A DNA stretch of 64,000 nucleotides from Nitrospirales bacterium (lineage in GTDB: Bacteria > Nitrospirota > Nitrospiria > Nitrospirales > UBA8639), in contig CBDBCZ010000017.1 in the NCBI GenBank assembly GCA_965203295.1, positions 1,280,001-1,344,000 on the forward strand, given 5' to 3'. The notes below the pieces were generated by a model. The model was given only the letters and a program-made list of their open reading frames with translations. It ran no database searches and was not told the DNA's origin. The stretch's first letter is position 1. Each line of letters opens with the position of its first letter. Position numbers and translations under genes: made by a program. Below are positions 23,147 through 64,000 of this stretch, one piece after another.

Positions 23147-23707
23147 TCACTTAGAGTTAACATTATAGCTTTCAATGATACGTTTAGTGTTTTGGTGCAA
23201 GGCTTGGTGTACTGCTCTTGCTTGATTAACTACAAAACTTGAGAAAATAAAAGGGGTCGTGTACTCATCCTTCTCCGAAAGCACTGTAGCCACTCCATCT
23301 TCAATTGGCCTAAAGGTCCAGTTTCCCTTGCATTCCAACAGAGGGATATCAAAGTGATATCCTATGACCAACTTCTCCCGCTGCACTCTGTACGTAGCGT
23401 CAAAGGAGTAGTTCAGTCCCAACGCCGCGGCTGATTCTGCTGCTATGGGAAACTTGTGGACGTTTATGAATCGTATAATCGTCTCGTTTTCTGCCCCACT
23501 ATTCGTTTCAGTGCTTATCACGTCAATTCCGATCGTGTCTGGGTGAACCTTTAGCAAGTTCTCTGGTGCTGCGTAGAACTGGAACACAGTCTGCGGATCA
23601 CTGTTGACAGTGGTGCTTATTTCAAGAGTCACCGAAGACCACTGAAATCCATACGGCAGCAGGGCGGCTGCAATCACGCCCAGGGCCAAAGCGTGGTAAT
23701 AGGCCAT
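23147..23707 (-). CDS. Intronless 186-aa protein: signal peptide plus SRPBCC/START/Bet v 1-like (polyketide cyclase-like) domain
   Basis: Hydrophobic N-terminus (ALALGVIAAALLPYG), then EISTTVNSDPQTVFQFYAAPENLLKVHP typical of SRPBCC N-termini, a beta-rich middle (GNWTFRPIEDGVATVLSE) and a C-terminal helix. Confidence 0.7.
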   Translation of the reverse strand: MAYYHALALGVIAAALLPYGFQWSSVTLEISTTVNSDPQTVFQFYAAPENLLKVHPDTIGIDVISTETNSGAENETIIRFINVHKFPIAAESAAALGLNYSFDATYRVQREKLVIGYHFDIPLLECKGNWTFRPIEDGVATVLSEKDEYTTPFIFSSFVVNQARAVHQALHQNTKRIIESYNVNSK

Positions 23708-24805
23708 GCTCTAGTGGTAGTCTCGCGTGGCCAGACTCTCGAGGGGCGGGGTACCCCAGACTACTTTACAGTGGCTTGCTGATCGTACTACATATCTATG
23801 ATTATACGATATTATCGGTCGTTACTAAAACCCGGGACGGGACGGGGGCGGTACGGGACAGCGACGGGCTATCCCGACCACGTGATACAAATGCCACACC
23901 CCGCTAGTACTAACTGAAGTAACAGACTAGAGTCCGAGTGGATATTACAGGAGAAAAGGAAGGTATACATATACTACTCATAACGCTAAGTTTGTCCACA
24001 GAGCTTTATACGGCTCCTGTCTGCGAATGAAAGTGGAGTTTCACTAGTCTAGCTAGCTATCCCCAACTTATACCCACCTTGTCCTTGGGATCCCAAGATG
24101 GGTAGAAGTTGGGGATAGCTAGCTAGCTAGACTAGGGTTTCACCATAGCTGGTGGAGTATACAGTATAAACTTACTTTCTATAGCCTCGTTCCCAGGCTC
24201 CATTCCCTAGCTTTTTGTATAAGCTGGGGAGTGGAGCCTGGAAATGAGGCTATATATGCTATCTATGGGTTTTATCAAAGATTATCTAAGTACTGGTTTA
24301 ACACAGTACCTACATGATTAGACAGTACGTGAACAATGCCAATTAAGTAATGAGTAAACAAAAGTTTAGGCTGAGAAAACTCCCTTACTCTTCACTCAAA
24401 GGGGTACATGTAGTAACATACAGCCTATAGAGAAATTTATGAACGGGATCAAGAAGTTTGATCAGTGAAAATAATATTTGATCATCGATTTAAAACTCTT
24501 TTGATGGCTTATTTTCGGGCGTTCTGTAGCTTCGCCTCCTTAGATACCGAGAAAGGTCGTTGATCTTAATTGCTCAGAGTTTGTCCTGATCTTTTGATCG
24601 TCTCCTAAAACCGCATGTACATGTACATGTACCTTGATCGCTTGATTCCATTTTGATCACATGCAATTGTTTCTATCAGATTAAACATTGGGCTATATGT
24701 CCATTTATAACCCCCTCTGGACACCAAAGAGTTACAGTGTAGTACTTCTCTCTCTCTCTCTCTCTCTCTGTAGAGTGGTAGTCTACCTTGTGAGTCCTGC
24801 ACAAT

Positions 24806-37285
<12,480 letters not shown>

Positions 37286-37738
37286 TTCATTCATGGAGAT
37301 ATACGTGTTAACTGATGTTTTGTATGCATGTATATAGGCATGGGCAGCCGTGACAATTGTAGTCCTGAAAATGTAATAATTATTGTGCCACCAGAAGTAT
37401 TTTTATTCCTGACTTAATGCAAGCAAACCTGACAATCTACAGTAGTATAAGTATTTACAGTGCTTCATTTGTAGGGAGCAGTAAAACAAAGCGGTATTCC
37501 CTGGCATGTGTCATGCTCACAGTAGCTTAGTAGCTACGTGTGTATATTGCATATGGGGGCTCACTCACGATGTTGCACTTTGGCGCACGTGACGTGTGGC
37601 GCGTATTCGTATACGAGTAATTATACGGGAATAAAACGGACTCCTAATTATCTAGGATTAGCTAATTACCCCGCGGCTCGAACAGCGAAGGCTGTCATGT
37701 CGCCGAGTCCTAAAAGTTCGCTACATTGACCAGAAAAT

Positions 37739-64000
<26,262 letters not shown>

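Overview
Intron-rich animal genomic DNA, not prokaryotic. TTAGGG repeats, the style of the Death domain and abundant TACATGTA suggest an early-branching metazoan such as a demosponge; this assignment is inference. Splicing by hand through GT-AG sites gives six genes. (1) The 5' part of a Der p 7/TULIP-like ORF (-, runs off the left edge). (2) MRPS35 (-, 8 exons), head-to-head with (3) TBC1D15/17 (+, 17 exons). (4) An intronless signal-peptide SRPBCC/START-like gene (-), head-to-head with (5) TSG101 (+, 12 coding exons). (6) A >2,750-aa gene (+, 24 in-phase exons, runs off the right edge) joining a CCCH finger, a Death domain, a HELZ/HELZ2-like SF1B RNA helicase, coiled coils, a CARD-like domain and a trypsin-fold protease whose catalytic triad is split by a 68-aa tandem repeat. 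TSG101 introns hold an intact RTE-like LINE inserted in (TG)n, whose exact 5' end folds as an HDV-like self-cleaving ribozyme, and an interstitial telomeric array interleaved with duplicated exon ends and splice donors. Introns also carry many MITEs (9-bp, TA and TTAA target duplications), tRNA-derived SINEs and TIR-derived minisatellites. All calls are by eye; no database searches were run.
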